From positions 2,282 through 66,281 of the forward strand of contig JAFTAM010000176.1 in NCBI GenBank assembly GCA_017458675.1: a stretch of DNA of 64,000 nucleotides, given 5' to 3'. A program made the translations under genes and the position numbers. Every line of letters begins with the position of its first letter. The stretch's first letter is position 1. Source of the stretch: a bacterium (lineage in GTDB: Bacteria; Vulcanimicrobiota; Xenobia; Xenobiales; Xenobiaceae). Under the pieces are notes generated by a model. That model did not search any database and was not told the origin of the DNA. It saw only the letters and a program-made list of their open reading frames with translations. This document shows, one piece after another, positions 1-8,613 of this stretch.

Positions 1-2667
1 TAAAGCTCGAACAGCCCTGGTCGCCTCCAGACCGTCCATCTCCGGCATGCGCATATCCATCAAAATTGCGTCGTAATAGCCCTCCGGATGAGAGCTGAAC
101 ATCTCGACGGCGATTCTGCCGTTCTCGGCATGCTCCATCTTTACTTCGCGCATTTCCAGAAGCATTTCCACAATCTCCGCATTTACGGAGACGTCCTCGG
201 CCAGGAGAACGCGCCGGCCCGTAAGATCAGCCTTCTTTTCTCCGTCCTTAGCCTTCGCATTAAAGTACTGTCTATAATTCTGCAGGAAGGAATTCGCCTG
301 CAGAGGTTTGGCCATAAAGCCGTCAATATCAGCTTTATCGGCCTTTTCAAAGACGTCTTCACTCTGGAAGGAGGTCAAAATAACTATAGCCGACTCGCTG
401 CCAATCAACTCTCTAAGCTGCTTGGAAAGCTCCAGTCCGTCGATATCGGGCATCTTCCAGTCTACCAGAATCAGACTGTAGGCCTCTCCGCGCGCCTGCC
501 TGAGCCGGACTTTTTCCAAAGCTTCTGTTCCTGAAAGCACGCTCTCCGAGCTTATGCCGACTTTTTCCAGCTCCAGGCGGGCGTATTCGCAGGCAACCGG
601 ATCGTCGTCAACTACCAAAACATTCTTTATCTCCGCGCCGGCGGCCCCGCTTTCCTCTTCAGCCTGCTCGGAATCGGCCAGGGTCAGGGTCAGCGTAAAT
701 TTGCTGCCCTCGCCTCTCTTGCTTTCGACCTTAATTTCGCCGTTCATCATGTCGATCATGGCCTTGGTTATCGACATGCCAAGTCCGGTGCTGCCGTACT
801 TGATCTTGCCGGATAACTTCTCCTGACTGAACGGCTCAAAGAGTTTAGGCAGATACTCCTCGCTCATGCCTATGCCCGTATCGGACATAACGAATCTGAA
901 TACCGATTTTCCCTCATACTGATTGACGCGCTCAACGCTGAAGCGGACCTCGCCGCCTTCGGGAGTAAACTTGACGGAGTTGCCCAGAATATTTATAAAA
1001 ATCTGCTTGAGCTTCATATCGTCGCCGACGTAGCGCTCGCCGGCCTCGCCAATCATCTCACAGCGCCAGACGAGTCCCTTCTCATGGCACTGTCCGCCGA
1101 TCATCACGCTGACCTGATCGATAAGGGCGGGCAGCGAAAAGACGCTGCTGCGCAGAACCATGCGCCCGGCTTCGATGCGGGACATATCCAGAATATCGTT
1201 GATGATCTTCAGCAGATGATCGGCGGAGGCGCCGATCTTCTCCAGATATTCCCTGGTTTTGGCAGAGATATCCGGATCGTTGAGAGCGATCTTGTCCAGG
1301 CCGATAATGGCGTTCATCGGAGTGCGTATTTCATGGCTCATATGAGACAGGAAAGCGGTTTTAGCCTTGCTGGCCCCTTCGGCCGCCGAAAGCGCGTTGC
1401 TGAGAGCCATACTGTGATGGAGCGTCCGGCGCGTATCCGCGTCGACGTCCGTGAAGCCCATGCCGACAGCGTGCACGACATGATCGTCTCTGTCTTCGGG
1501 ATGGCGGACGCCGGCCATACGCACCATTTCATAGGTCTCCTGGCCGCCGCGGTTGATCATGTAGCGATAAGTGATTATCCGCTCGTGTTCCAGGCCTTTT
1601 CTGACCGAACCGGGATCGACGAAGCGAAGAAAAGCCTCTCTGTATTTTTCTGCCACAAAATCCTGAGCATAGCGCTTCATCGTTTCCATATAGCGGAACT
1701 TCTCGCCGTGCTGCAGACCGTGACTTATCTGTGAATGGGGCTGGTAACAGACGCCTTCGTCCTTATCGAGGTCAATATAATAGACGCTGCGGTAATCGGA
1801 AGAGAGCGCCGTAATCATGCTGTTGGCCTGAGAGTGGAGCTTAACGGCATACTGATGCAGCCCCGCTCTGACCTGATGAATCCTCTTCCCCAGACCGTGC
1901 AGATTATCGGCGGCCTCATCGTCAAAAATAGTTTTCTTTGGGGAGTCGGGATTTATCTCCCGGGTAATTGCATCCACGTCTTTGGCGACGTCGGAGAGAT
2001 CGTCCATGATGTTCCTGAGCTTTTTCCGCATTTTGGCGGTAGCGGCAAAGAGCAGAAATACGCAGAGAAGGATCGTAATTACAGTATGCATTACGATAGC
2101 CTTGGTCTGCTTGGATATCTGGGCGTCGTACCAGTCGGCGTCAAAATCGACGGCGACTATGCTGGCCACCTTCCGGTTTGAGTCAAATACCGGACAGTAG
2201 GCGCTGTAAAACCTTCCCCAGCGATCAGTATAAGGCTCCTTGTTTACGGCGGCTTTACCCTGTCCGGCCTCATACAGTCCTTCGGTGGGAACGACCGTCT
2301 CTCCGAATAAAGCCGGGTCCTCAATATCTATCGTAAAAGTGAAATTGCCGCCGCCGTTGTCGCGGACACAGTAAATATATTTGAGTTCAATATTATCCTG
2401 GAATAACTTGAGCGAGTCGCTTAAAGCCTTAAATTGAGGAGTTTCCGTGTCTTTCACGGGCAGAGCGGCCAAATCGTCGCCGTTCAGCATTTTTGCCGCC
2501 GTTTTGGCTATATCCAGCATCCGCTCGCTGATGAGCGTCTTCATGGCGGTCCGCGAATTATTTATGAGAATAGCGCCCAGAAGCAGATTGGCGGCCAGGA
2601 GCAAAACAGAGATGACAACCGCCAGCTTTACCGTAAAACCTGTTTTATTTCCTTTTAGTGTACTCAT
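1..2667 (-). CDS. Hybrid sensor histidine kinase / response regulator (partial; C-terminus runs off the window start)
   Basis: Minus-strand translation from ATG at 2667 (GGAG RBS upstream). It gives an N-terminal TM segment, a periplasmic sensor region and a second TM. There is a HisKA H-box (SHMSHEIRTPMNAIIGL) and HATPase G-boxes (GTGLGMSITKAMIDMMNGEI). Two receiver domains follow (VLVVDDDPVACE...DWKMPDIDGLE; VLLAEDVSVNAEIV...DMRMPEMDGLEAT). The frame is still open at position 1. Plus-strand track ORFs 88-2181 are antisense artefacts. Confidence 0.85.
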   Translation of the reverse strand, partial: MSTLKGNKTGFTVKLAVVISVLLLAANLLLGAILINNSRTAMKTLISERMLDIAKTAAKMLNGDDLAALPVKDTETPQFKALSDSLKLFQDNIELKYIYCVRDNGGGNFTFTIDIEDPALFGETVVPTEGLYEAGQGKAAVNKEPYTDRWGRFYSAYCPVFDSNRKVASIVAVDFDADWYDAQISKQTKAIVMHTVITILLCVFLLFAATAKMRKKLRNIMDDLSDVAKDVDAITREINPDSPKKTIFDDEAADNLHGLGKRIHQVRAGLHQYAVKLHSQANSMITALSSDYRSVYYIDLDKDEGVCYQPHSQISHGLQHGEKFRYMETMKRYAQDFVAEKYREAFLRFVDPGSVRKGLEHERIITYRYMINRGGQETYEMVRMAGVRHPEDRDDHVVHAVGMGFTDVDADTRRTLHHSMALSNALSAAEGASKAKTAFLSHMSHEIRTPMNAIIGLDKIALNDPDISAKTREYLEKIGASADHLLKIINDILDMSRIEAGRMVLRSSVFSLPALIDQVSVMIGGQCHEKGLVWRCEMIGEAGERYVGDDMKLKQIFINILGNSVKFTPEGGEVRFSVERVNQYEGKSVFRFVMSDTGIGMSEEYLPKLFEPFSQEKLSGKIKYGSTGLGMSITKAMIDMMNGEIKVESKRGEGSKFTLTLTLADSEQAEEESGAAGAEIKNVLVVDDDPVACEYARLELEKVGISSESVLSGTEALEKVRLRQARGEAYSLILVDWKMPDIDGLELSKQLRELIGSESAIVILTSFQSEDVFEKADKADIDGFMAKPLQANSFLQNYRQYFNAKAKDGEKKADLTGRRVLLAEDVSVNAEIVEMLLEMREVKMEHAENGRIAVEMFSSHPEGYYDAILMDMRMPEMDGLEATRAVRAL

Positions 2668-3339
2668 CTGTCATCACTCCGCTTCTTATATCCGAATGCT
2701 TCCCGCCGGTTAGGCGCTCCTCCGATCCGCAGCGCGGTCCGTTTTGCATAACTTAATTTTTCCGCGCAGCGGCTGATATTCATTATGCAGAATTGTCAGC
2801 ATCATGGCCGATATAAAACTCTCTGCGCCGAAATCGGCGCCGCGCGTCAACTTTACGATAAATATTGAAAGATATACTCAGAGCCATTTTTTCGCAATCC
2901 TTTAAAAGTTCGGCAAATCTGCGCAAAACCTGTTAAAACCGATAATAAACTCCGCAGCCGGCCTCCCTGCCGCCCGCGTTCGGAAGCGATCCGTCCATGG
3001 GCGGAAGCGCAGGCCGGCCGAACCGTGCAAATCCGCCTTCCCGCCGCTCAGCGCCGCTTCGAACCGGGCCGAGCCTCAGACAATGGCGACTGCAGGCCGA
3101 CGACAGCCTTTATTTTTTGTATATTCAGCAAAACCTCAGAGCGGCTTGATATGTGAAATGCTCAGTTAAAGCGCATATATTTGCAGAATTATCAAACTCA
3201 TGTTCATAAAACGCTGCATTTCAAAAAAAAAAAAAATAAAATAGCAGAATAATGCCCATTATCAGCGGAAAATACTTGATTTTTCGGTATTTTAATGTAT
3301 ACTTATAAAGTCGTATTATTTTGTATCATAGATACTTCG

Positions 3340-3536
3340 CCGGCGGTGAAGCGACCGGCTCAGGATGACGCCAAACTTTGTCATTCTGAGCGGAAGGCGA
3401 AGAATCTATACCTTTTTACAATAAAGACCCTTCGACAAGCTCAGGGTGACATGAGAGACAGGCTCAGGGGCATAAAAAACCTTGGCCGGAGACATGTCTA
3501 AGCGCTCACACTTGTCATTGAGAGCGAAGAATCTAA
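3340..3536. repeat. Cluster of palindromic core units (GGCTCAGGATGACA / TGTCATTCTGAGCGNAGCGAAGAATCTAT) plus a 95-bp unit shared with 5190-5285
   Basis: Cores at 3379-3409 and 3513-3536. ACAATAAAGACCCTTCGACAAGCTCAGGGTGACATGAGAGACAGGCTC...GGCCGGAGACATGTCTAAGC recurs at 5196-5280. Confidence 0.8.
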
Positions 3537-3561
3537 ATTTTTAATATTCAGGAGGCAGGCA

Positions 3562-4950
3562 GTGCACACTAAAAAAAGCGCCAGAAAATTTGCTTTCATA
3601 TTTACTTTAGCCGTATCGCTCATTCTATTTTTAGGCGTCAACCTGACCGGCTGCGGAACCAGCGGTACGGTCGCTCCGGCCGTTTTGCCCACAGTTGAGC
3701 CTACGGTTGAGCCCACCGACGAACCTACGGTCGAACCCACCGAAGAACCTACTGACGAGCCCACGGTCGAACCCACCGAGGAACCGACCGACGAGCCCAC
3801 GGCCGAACCCACCGACGAGCCCACCGAGGAGCCCACGGCCGAACCCACCGACGAGCCCACCAGCGAACCCACCGACGAGCCCACGACCGAGCCTACGGCC
3901 GATCCCACCGACGAACCCACGGCCGATCCCACCGAAGAACCTTCCGCCGTTGAGGTATCCTTAAGCGCTTTCGAATACGATCAGCTCACCGGCGAAGTCA
4001 CTTTCAATTCCGATTCCACGCTGGCCAAGATGGGCTACACCGGCACGGCCGAGAAGGACGAAGACGAAAAGTGGGTGGCCCACATTTATCAGAGCGCGGC
4101 CGTGAGCGGCAAAACCGTCAGGGACGGCGAGGAAGCCGTAACCGATCTGGAAATCCCCGAAAACTTTGAGTACGACGGAACCGCCTACAGAATAACCTCA
4201 ATTGACGACGACGCTTTCTGCTTCTGCAAGGATTTAAAAACGGTCGCCATGCCCGCGAGCCTCACCGCCATCGGCGACAGATCTTTCTATCACTGCATGG
4301 CCTTAACCGCCATCGATATCCCCGAAGGCGTAACCTCTGTAGGCCAGGAGGCTTTTGAGGACTGCATCGCCGCCAAGTCGCTGACCCTTCCCTCTACTCT
4401 TACTTCCATAGGCCAGGCCGCTTTCAAGGCCTGCTACCTGATTCCCGCCGTAACCCTCCCCGAAGGCTTGACCGCCATCGAGCCCAGCACTTTCGAGACG
4501 TGCATAATGCTGGAAGAAGTTACGTTCCCCTCGACGGTCGCAATTATCGGCGAACGCGCCTTTTTCGGATGCAATCAGAAACTGGCCGCCGTTGATATTC
4601 CCAACGGCGTTGAAACTATCGGCGCCGAGGCTTTCCAAATGTGTTCGAAGCTGCAGATGGTCTCTATAGCCGGAACCGTAACTGAAATAGGCGAAAACGC
4701 CTTCATGTCAACCGGTTTAAAGATGCTCGTTCTTTCCGAAGGTATTGAGACTATAGGCGAGATGGCTTTCTACAACAACGACTTAACCGCCGTAGCCATT
4801 CCCTCTTCAGTCACCTCTATTGGCAAGAACGCATTGGCGATGAATTTTGATCTGGCGACAGTCACCTGGAAGGGGAACGAATATACCGACAACGCCGAAT
4901 TCAATCAAGCCCTCAAAGACGCCGGTATAGCCACCGACGACGTCTGGTAA
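3562..4950 (+). CDS. Surface lipoprotein with Pro/Thr-rich repeat linker and BspA-type leucine-rich repeats (LRR_5-like)
   Basis: GTG start 6 nt after GGAGG. Signal peptide with lipobox (NLTGCGTSG). The linker is (EPTD/EPTE/EPTA)n. There are repeated ~23-aa units of the form IPxGVTxIGxxAFxxCxxLxxVxxP, typical of BspA/TpLRR surface proteins. Confidence 0.7.
   Translation: MHTKKSARKFAFIFTLAVSLILFLGVNLTGCGTSGTVAPAVLPTVEPTVEPTDEPTVEPTEEPTDEPTVEPTEEPTDEPTAEPTDEPTEEPTAEPTDEPTSEPTDEPTTEPTADPTDEPTADPTEEPSAVEVSLSAFEYDQLTGEVTFNSDSTLAKMGYTGTAEKDEDEKWVAHIYQSAAVSGKTVRDGEEAVTDLEIPENFEYDGTAYRITSIDDDAFCFCKDLKTVAMPASLTAIGDRSFYHCMALTAIDIPEGVTSVGQEAFEDCIAAKSLTLPSTLTSIGQAAFKACYLIPAVTLPEGLTAIEPSTFETCIMLEEVTFPSTVAIIGERAFFGCNQKLAAVDIPNGVETIGAEAFQMCSKLQMVSIAGTVTEIGENAFMSTGLKMLVLSEGIETIGEMAFYNNDLTAVAIPSSVTSIGKNALAMNFDLATVTWKGNEYTDNAEFNQALKDAGIATDDVW
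3695..3930 (+). repeat. In-frame 12-nt period coding tandem repeat (EPT[DEA] units) inside the LRR lipoprotein gene
   Basis: About 20 consecutive gaNcccacNgaNgaNcc units read directly in the sequence. This explains the spurious antisense and alternate-frame ORFs 3498-3932(-) and 3695-3964(+). Confidence 0.8.
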
Positions 4951-5077
4951 TTATTGTCCGCCTTTTTTCATTACAGATCCTTCGCCGGAGGCTCAGGATG
5001 ACAGATATACCGGCTCAATATAACGCCAAACTTTGTCATTGAGAGCGAAGCGAAGAATCTATGCCTTTATAGACCAA

Positions 5078-5124
5078 CAGCCGCTTTTCTGCAGCTTCCA
5101 AGCTGCCGGGCGGCTGTTTTTTTT
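5078..5124 (+). terminator. Rho-independent terminator (first copy)
   Basis: CAGCCGC...GCAGCTTCCAAGCTGC...GCGGCTG followed by T8. About 130 nt after the 4950 stop. Confidence 0.7.
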
Positions 5125-5334
5125 GCCTCTTTCCGTGCAGCGAACAACGCCAAACCTTGTCATTCTGAGCGAAGCGAAGAATCTATACCTGTTTACAATA
5201 AAGACCCTTCGACAAGCTCAGGGTGACATGAGAGACAGGCTCCGGGTCATAAAATACTCTTGGCCGGAGACATGTCTAAGCACTAAGATTTGTCATTCTG
5301 AGCGAAGCGAAGAATCTATGCCTTTATAGACCAA

Positions 5335-5381
5335 CAGCCGCTTTTCTGCAGCTTCCAAGCTGCCGGACGGCTGTTTTTTTT
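5335..5381 (+). terminator. Rho-independent terminator (duplicated copy)
   Basis: Same hairpin with one substitution (GGGCGG to GGACGG), followed by T8. Confidence 0.65.
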
Positions 5382-5399
5382 GCCTCCCGCAGGCAAAAC

Positions 5400-5555
5400 A
5401 CGGACTTATCTTTGGCGCGAAAGCGGACGGACCGCCCCTAGGGTTGGGCTAGCCGCGCAGCCGAGCGCAAAAGAAAACCGGCGTAACGGAAACAAACCGA
5501 AATAATTGCCATTTAACTGACGATTGTCATACAGTTTTTGTGAGATATTCCCTTA
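5400..5555 (+). repeat. Partial/degenerate copy of the dispersed repeat (middle and 3' tail only)
   Basis: CGAGCGCAAAAGAAAACCGGCGTAACGGAAACAAACCG and AATAATTGCCATTTAACTGACGATTGTCATACAG parallel the ...GCGACAAAGAAAACCGGCATAACGAAAACA... and TTGCCTTAACTATATGACATTGG parts of copies A and C. It lies upstream of gene 5692. Confidence 0.5.
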
Positions 5556-5691
5556 ATTTTAGGGCGGCGGCCCCAATCCCAGGAAAGCTTTTGCCTATTT
5601 TTGCCGAAAACAGCACTTTCGGCCAAAAAATTTTACGATCTCACACTCCCCTGCGAAGAAAATTTTCAGCTATATGAAAGGAGAACGCTTA

Positions 5692-7152
5692 ATGAAGAAA
5701 ACAAAATCAGCCCGAAGGCTATGCAGCATTCTGTTTGCCTGGATGCTGACGCTGATTGCTGTATGCGCTTCAGCCTGCAGCCACAGCGGAGATATTTCCA
5801 CCCATCCTAGTTTGGATAAAGCTACCCTGAAGGTAACGATGGGGGAAGAAAAAGTTGAGGCCAGGAGCCTCGCTCCGGCAGACGCCGTCAAATACAGAAT
5901 TTATCTGTTTGACAAAGACGGCGCCCGCGTAGACGAGTTCAGTTTCGCAGCCGAAGGACAGACCAACAAGGAATTTAATTACGAATACACCGAAAACGGC
6001 GACAGCCGTGAAATGATTGTCAAGACCGGCGCTCTGACCGCCGAGTCCATGCGGGTCGCCTGCTATAACAGCGCCGGAAAATATATGGGCTCAGGCCTGG
6101 TCGGCGGCATGAAGCTGGAGGCTTACAAGTATTATTCCTTCGACAACACTTCCGAAAGAGACAACAGCTTTGATTATCTCTCCGCCGAAGACGAAGCTAT
6201 CGAGGGAGAGCTGTTCGTCACCGCCGAGCCTTCGGTAATAGCCGTGGGTGAAAAAGCCGAGCTCAAGGCCTTCTACACCAACCCCGACGGATTCACCGAA
6301 GACGTCACCGAGAATAACGCTCTCAAGCTGGAGACCGATTCGGAGAATATCGAATTGAACGGTCACCAAGTTACCGGCCTGGCCGACGGCGCGGCTATCG
6401 TCGCCGCCACTTTAACTTTAACCCCCAGCGTTCAGATGGCCTCCTCGGTAAACGTCACCGTCGGAGAGCGCGCGCCATCTTACAGCTTCCTGCGCAAGGT
6501 TGACGGCAAGTACACAGTAATCAATTCTCTGCTCTTGGACAGAAACGAGTCTCTGGAAGCTGAAATAGCTTACGGTTACATAGACGATAACGGCAATGCC
6601 GAGATCTTTGCCGGCAAATACGCCGCCAGAACCTATACGGGCGATGCTTCCAACGGTTTCCTGACAGTTTCCCCCGCCGACGTGAGTACTGAATCCTGCC
6701 TGGTAACGGCCGACCTCTCTAAAGAGCAGAACGGCGACTACGTCTACTTCGAGCCCGACGACTGTCCCGGCGTTATCTGCGCCAGCCTGCCGGTGGCCAT
6801 TGTCAACGGCGGAGGCAGCCGCGGCGCCGTAGAGCACTCATTCCTGGAGAAACTCGAAGACGGCAGCTATAAGCCCATCGACGCCCTTTTCTTCAGCCAG
6901 CAAGTCAAAACTAAAACCGTCGCTTACGGCGATATCGACGAAAACGGCGAGGTCAAGCTCTATAACGCCAAATTCGAGGCCAGAGATTGCTTCGAAGATC
7001 CCAACGGCTATATTACCGTAACTCCCTCGGGAAGCGAGACCAAGGAATGCACGGTGGTTATCGATACCGATAAACCCGCAAACTGCAATTACCTTTACTG
7101 CGAGCCCGATTATCCCCGCATAATCTGCGCCAGTCTGCCCGTTATCTACTAA
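5692..7152 (+). CDS. Lipoprotein with bacterial Ig-like (Big_2-type) domain and internal duplicated C-terminal modules
   Basis: AAAGGAGAA RBS before ATG 5692 (track start 5674 is 6 codons upstream). Signal/lipobox region LIAVCASAC. The central segment VTAEPSVIAVGEKAELKAFYT...VTGLADGAAIVAATLT resembles Big_2. There is a repeated motif YVYFEPDDCPGVICASLPV / YLYCEPDYPRIICASLPVIY. A terminator hairpin follows. Confidence 0.55.
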   Translation: MKKTKSARRLCSILFAWMLTLIAVCASACSHSGDISTHPSLDKATLKVTMGEEKVEARSLAPADAVKYRIYLFDKDGARVDEFSFAAEGQTNKEFNYEYTENGDSREMIVKTGALTAESMRVACYNSAGKYMGSGLVGGMKLEAYKYYSFDNTSERDNSFDYLSAEDEAIEGELFVTAEPSVIAVGEKAELKAFYTNPDGFTEDVTENNALKLETDSENIELNGHQVTGLADGAAIVAATLTLTPSVQMASSVNVTVGERAPSYSFLRKVDGKYTVINSLLLDRNESLEAEIAYGYIDDNGNAEIFAGKYAARTYTGDASNGFLTVSPADVSTESCLVTADLSKEQNGDYVYFEPDDCPGVICASLPVAIVNGGGSRGAVEHSFLEKLEDGSYKPIDALFFSQQVKTKTVAYGDIDENGEVKLYNAKFEARDCFEDPNGYITVTPSGSETKECTVVIDTDKPANCNYLYCEPDYPRIICASLPVIY

Positions 7153-7162
7153 TCAGCTCATC

Positions 7163-7195
7163 GACAGCCCGCCTCTTCCGCGGGCTGTCTTTTTC
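7163..7195 (+). terminator. Rho-independent terminator
   Basis: GACAGCCCGC-loop-GCGGGCTGTC followed by TTTTT, immediately after the 7152 stop. Confidence 0.7.
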
Positions 7196-7275
7196 AGCCG
7201 GGACGTTCAGTTTCAGCGAACGCCGGGCTTCAATCAATCATGCGGGCATTTCAGGCCCGGTTTTCAGGAGGAAAT

Positions 7276-8298
7276 ATGTCCAAAACCGCATCCGTTTATT
7301 ATGCAGCGGCTATGTCCTTAGCTTTGGCCGGAATGTGCTGCGCGCTGCCCGCGCAGGCCGACGGAGACGACGCGCCCCCGGCCGCGGCTCAGGAGACCCG
7401 GATCGAAGAGAACAACGAGAACGCAGAAGTTCAGGAAGAAAACGCCGAAAAGGAAGGCGAAGAAGCTGCGGCTCAGGCGCTGCCGGAAAATATTCAGATC
7501 GAATTCAAAAACGAAGGCGATTACGTAATTCAGCCCGACAGCATGGCCTACCACAATTTTACCACCTTCATTTACAACGATTTCGACTACTTCCTCAGGC
7601 GCGATCCCCGCATTGTCAAAGCCTGTCTGGGAACCGGCGACAATATCGATATGACCCAGAAGATGAACGAATACTTCGACAAAGAGGAAGAACTGACGGA
7701 AATCAGCGAAGTCATCTTCCAGCGCATCGTCGGCCTCGACAGAGGCTGGCCTGCCCGGATGCACTTCGAGGAGACCAGCGCTCAGCCCAATATCAGTCTT
7801 TTGGGCGTCAATCAGAACGTGCTCTATAAAATTGTCAATTTCTGGAGCGGCAGAGGCTTTGAAAATTACCGCGAAGAGTACATGCGCCCCTACCGCGAAG
7901 GCGAATTCCGCTTCACCGAAAAGTTCAGGGCCCAGGTCCGCGAGCGGAAAGGCAACGGCTTGAGAGGCTGGACCAAGAAAATGAGCCTGGCCGATCTGAG
8001 TATCTGCGCGGCTTCCACCCCTATCGCCATCTTTATGGATACTGACGAAAAGCGCATCCGCGAGCGCAACGCCTGGATGCCTACTCCGCTCGAAGACTTC
8101 ATGTACTACAGTTCCCGCCACAGCTTCCCCTACGTCGGCTTCCTCGATTACAGCCTGAAGTTCTTTGACGAAAACGGGAAAGAGCTCGATATCGCCGCCG
8201 GCGAGCGCATGCCGGCCAAAGGCGGAAAGATCATCTGCTCCTGGGACAAGCTTACCCTGTTTGAGCTCGACGATATCATTAAAGCCGACAGGAACTGA
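7276..8298 (+). CDS. Secreted hypothetical protein
   Basis: GGAGG RBS then ATG 7276 (MSKTASVYYAAAMSLALAGMCCALPAQA signal peptide). Acidic N-terminal region. No recognisable catalytic motifs. Terminator follows. Confidence 0.5.
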   Translation: MSKTASVYYAAAMSLALAGMCCALPAQADGDDAPPAAAQETRIEENNENAEVQEENAEKEGEEAAAQALPENIQIEFKNEGDYVIQPDSMAYHNFTTFIYNDFDYFLRRDPRIVKACLGTGDNIDMTQKMNEYFDKEEELTEISEVIFQRIVGLDRGWPARMHFEETSAQPNISLLGVNQNVLYKIVNFWSGRGFENYREEYMRPYREGEFRFTEKFRAQVRERKGNGLRGWTKKMSLADLSICAASTPIAIFMDTDEKRIRERNAWMPTPLEDFMYYSSRHSFPYVGFLDYSLKFFDENGKELDIAAGERMPAKGGKIICSWDKLTLFELDDIIKADRN

Positions 8299-8327
8299 CC
8301 TGCCGCATTCCGGCCTTTATAAGCTGA

Positions 8328-8366
8328 ACAGCCCCGCTGCCTGCCCGGCAGGGGGCTGTTTTATTT
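8328..8366 (+). terminator. Rho-independent terminator
   Basis: ACAGCCCCGCTGCC-loop-GGCAGGGGGCTGT then TTTTATTTG after the 8298 stop. Confidence 0.65.
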
Positions 8367-8411
8367 GTATCCCGATCCTCAGCAGTCTATGGACCGCCAA
8401 TATGAAAAGGA

Positions 8412-8530
8412 GAAAGATTCTTCGCTTCGCTCAGAATAACAGACGTTTACGTCCTTGGACAAGTTTATATCATACTAAACCGCATTTTATGTCATCCTTG
8501 AGCCGCGTTTTATGTCATCCTGAGCCGACA
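8412..8530. repeat. Core unit (8412-8443) plus two tandem GCATTTTATGTCATCCTGAGCCG units
   Basis: GAAAGATTCTTCGCTTCGCTCAGAATAACAG, then CGCATTTTATGTCATCCTTGAGCCG and CGTTTTATGTCATCCTGAGCCG. Confidence 0.75.
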
Positions 8531-8613
8531 GGCGAAGGATCTTTACCCCTCAGATTCTTTCCTCAGCAGGGTTCCTTAAAGCGTCAGCCGCCCGCGCGGC
8601 AAACGCCGTAAGC

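Larger units (their letters stand above)
4975..5390. repeat. Tandemly duplicated module: core units (5030-5064, 5161-5195, 5291-5325), 95-bp unit, and two copies of a terminator hairpin
   Basis: GAAGAATCTATGCCTTTATAGACCAACAGCCGCTTTTCTGCAGCTTCCAAGCTGCCGGNCGGCTGTTTTTTTT is present at 5055-5124 and 5312-5381. Confidence 0.85.

Noticed and set aside
88-2181. Plus-strand track ORFs 88-534, 554-826, 1084-1734 and 1735-2181
   Set aside because: They lie antisense to a continuous minus-strand hybrid histidine kinase with clear HisKA, HATPase and receiver motifs. They have no motifs of their own. They are long open frames expected in GC-rich antisense sequence.
3000-3080. tRNA-like TTCGAACC motif
   Set aside because: Only a T-loop-like heptamer is present. 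No acceptor/anticodon-arm complementarity or cloverleaf could be traced by eye. It is most likely chance.
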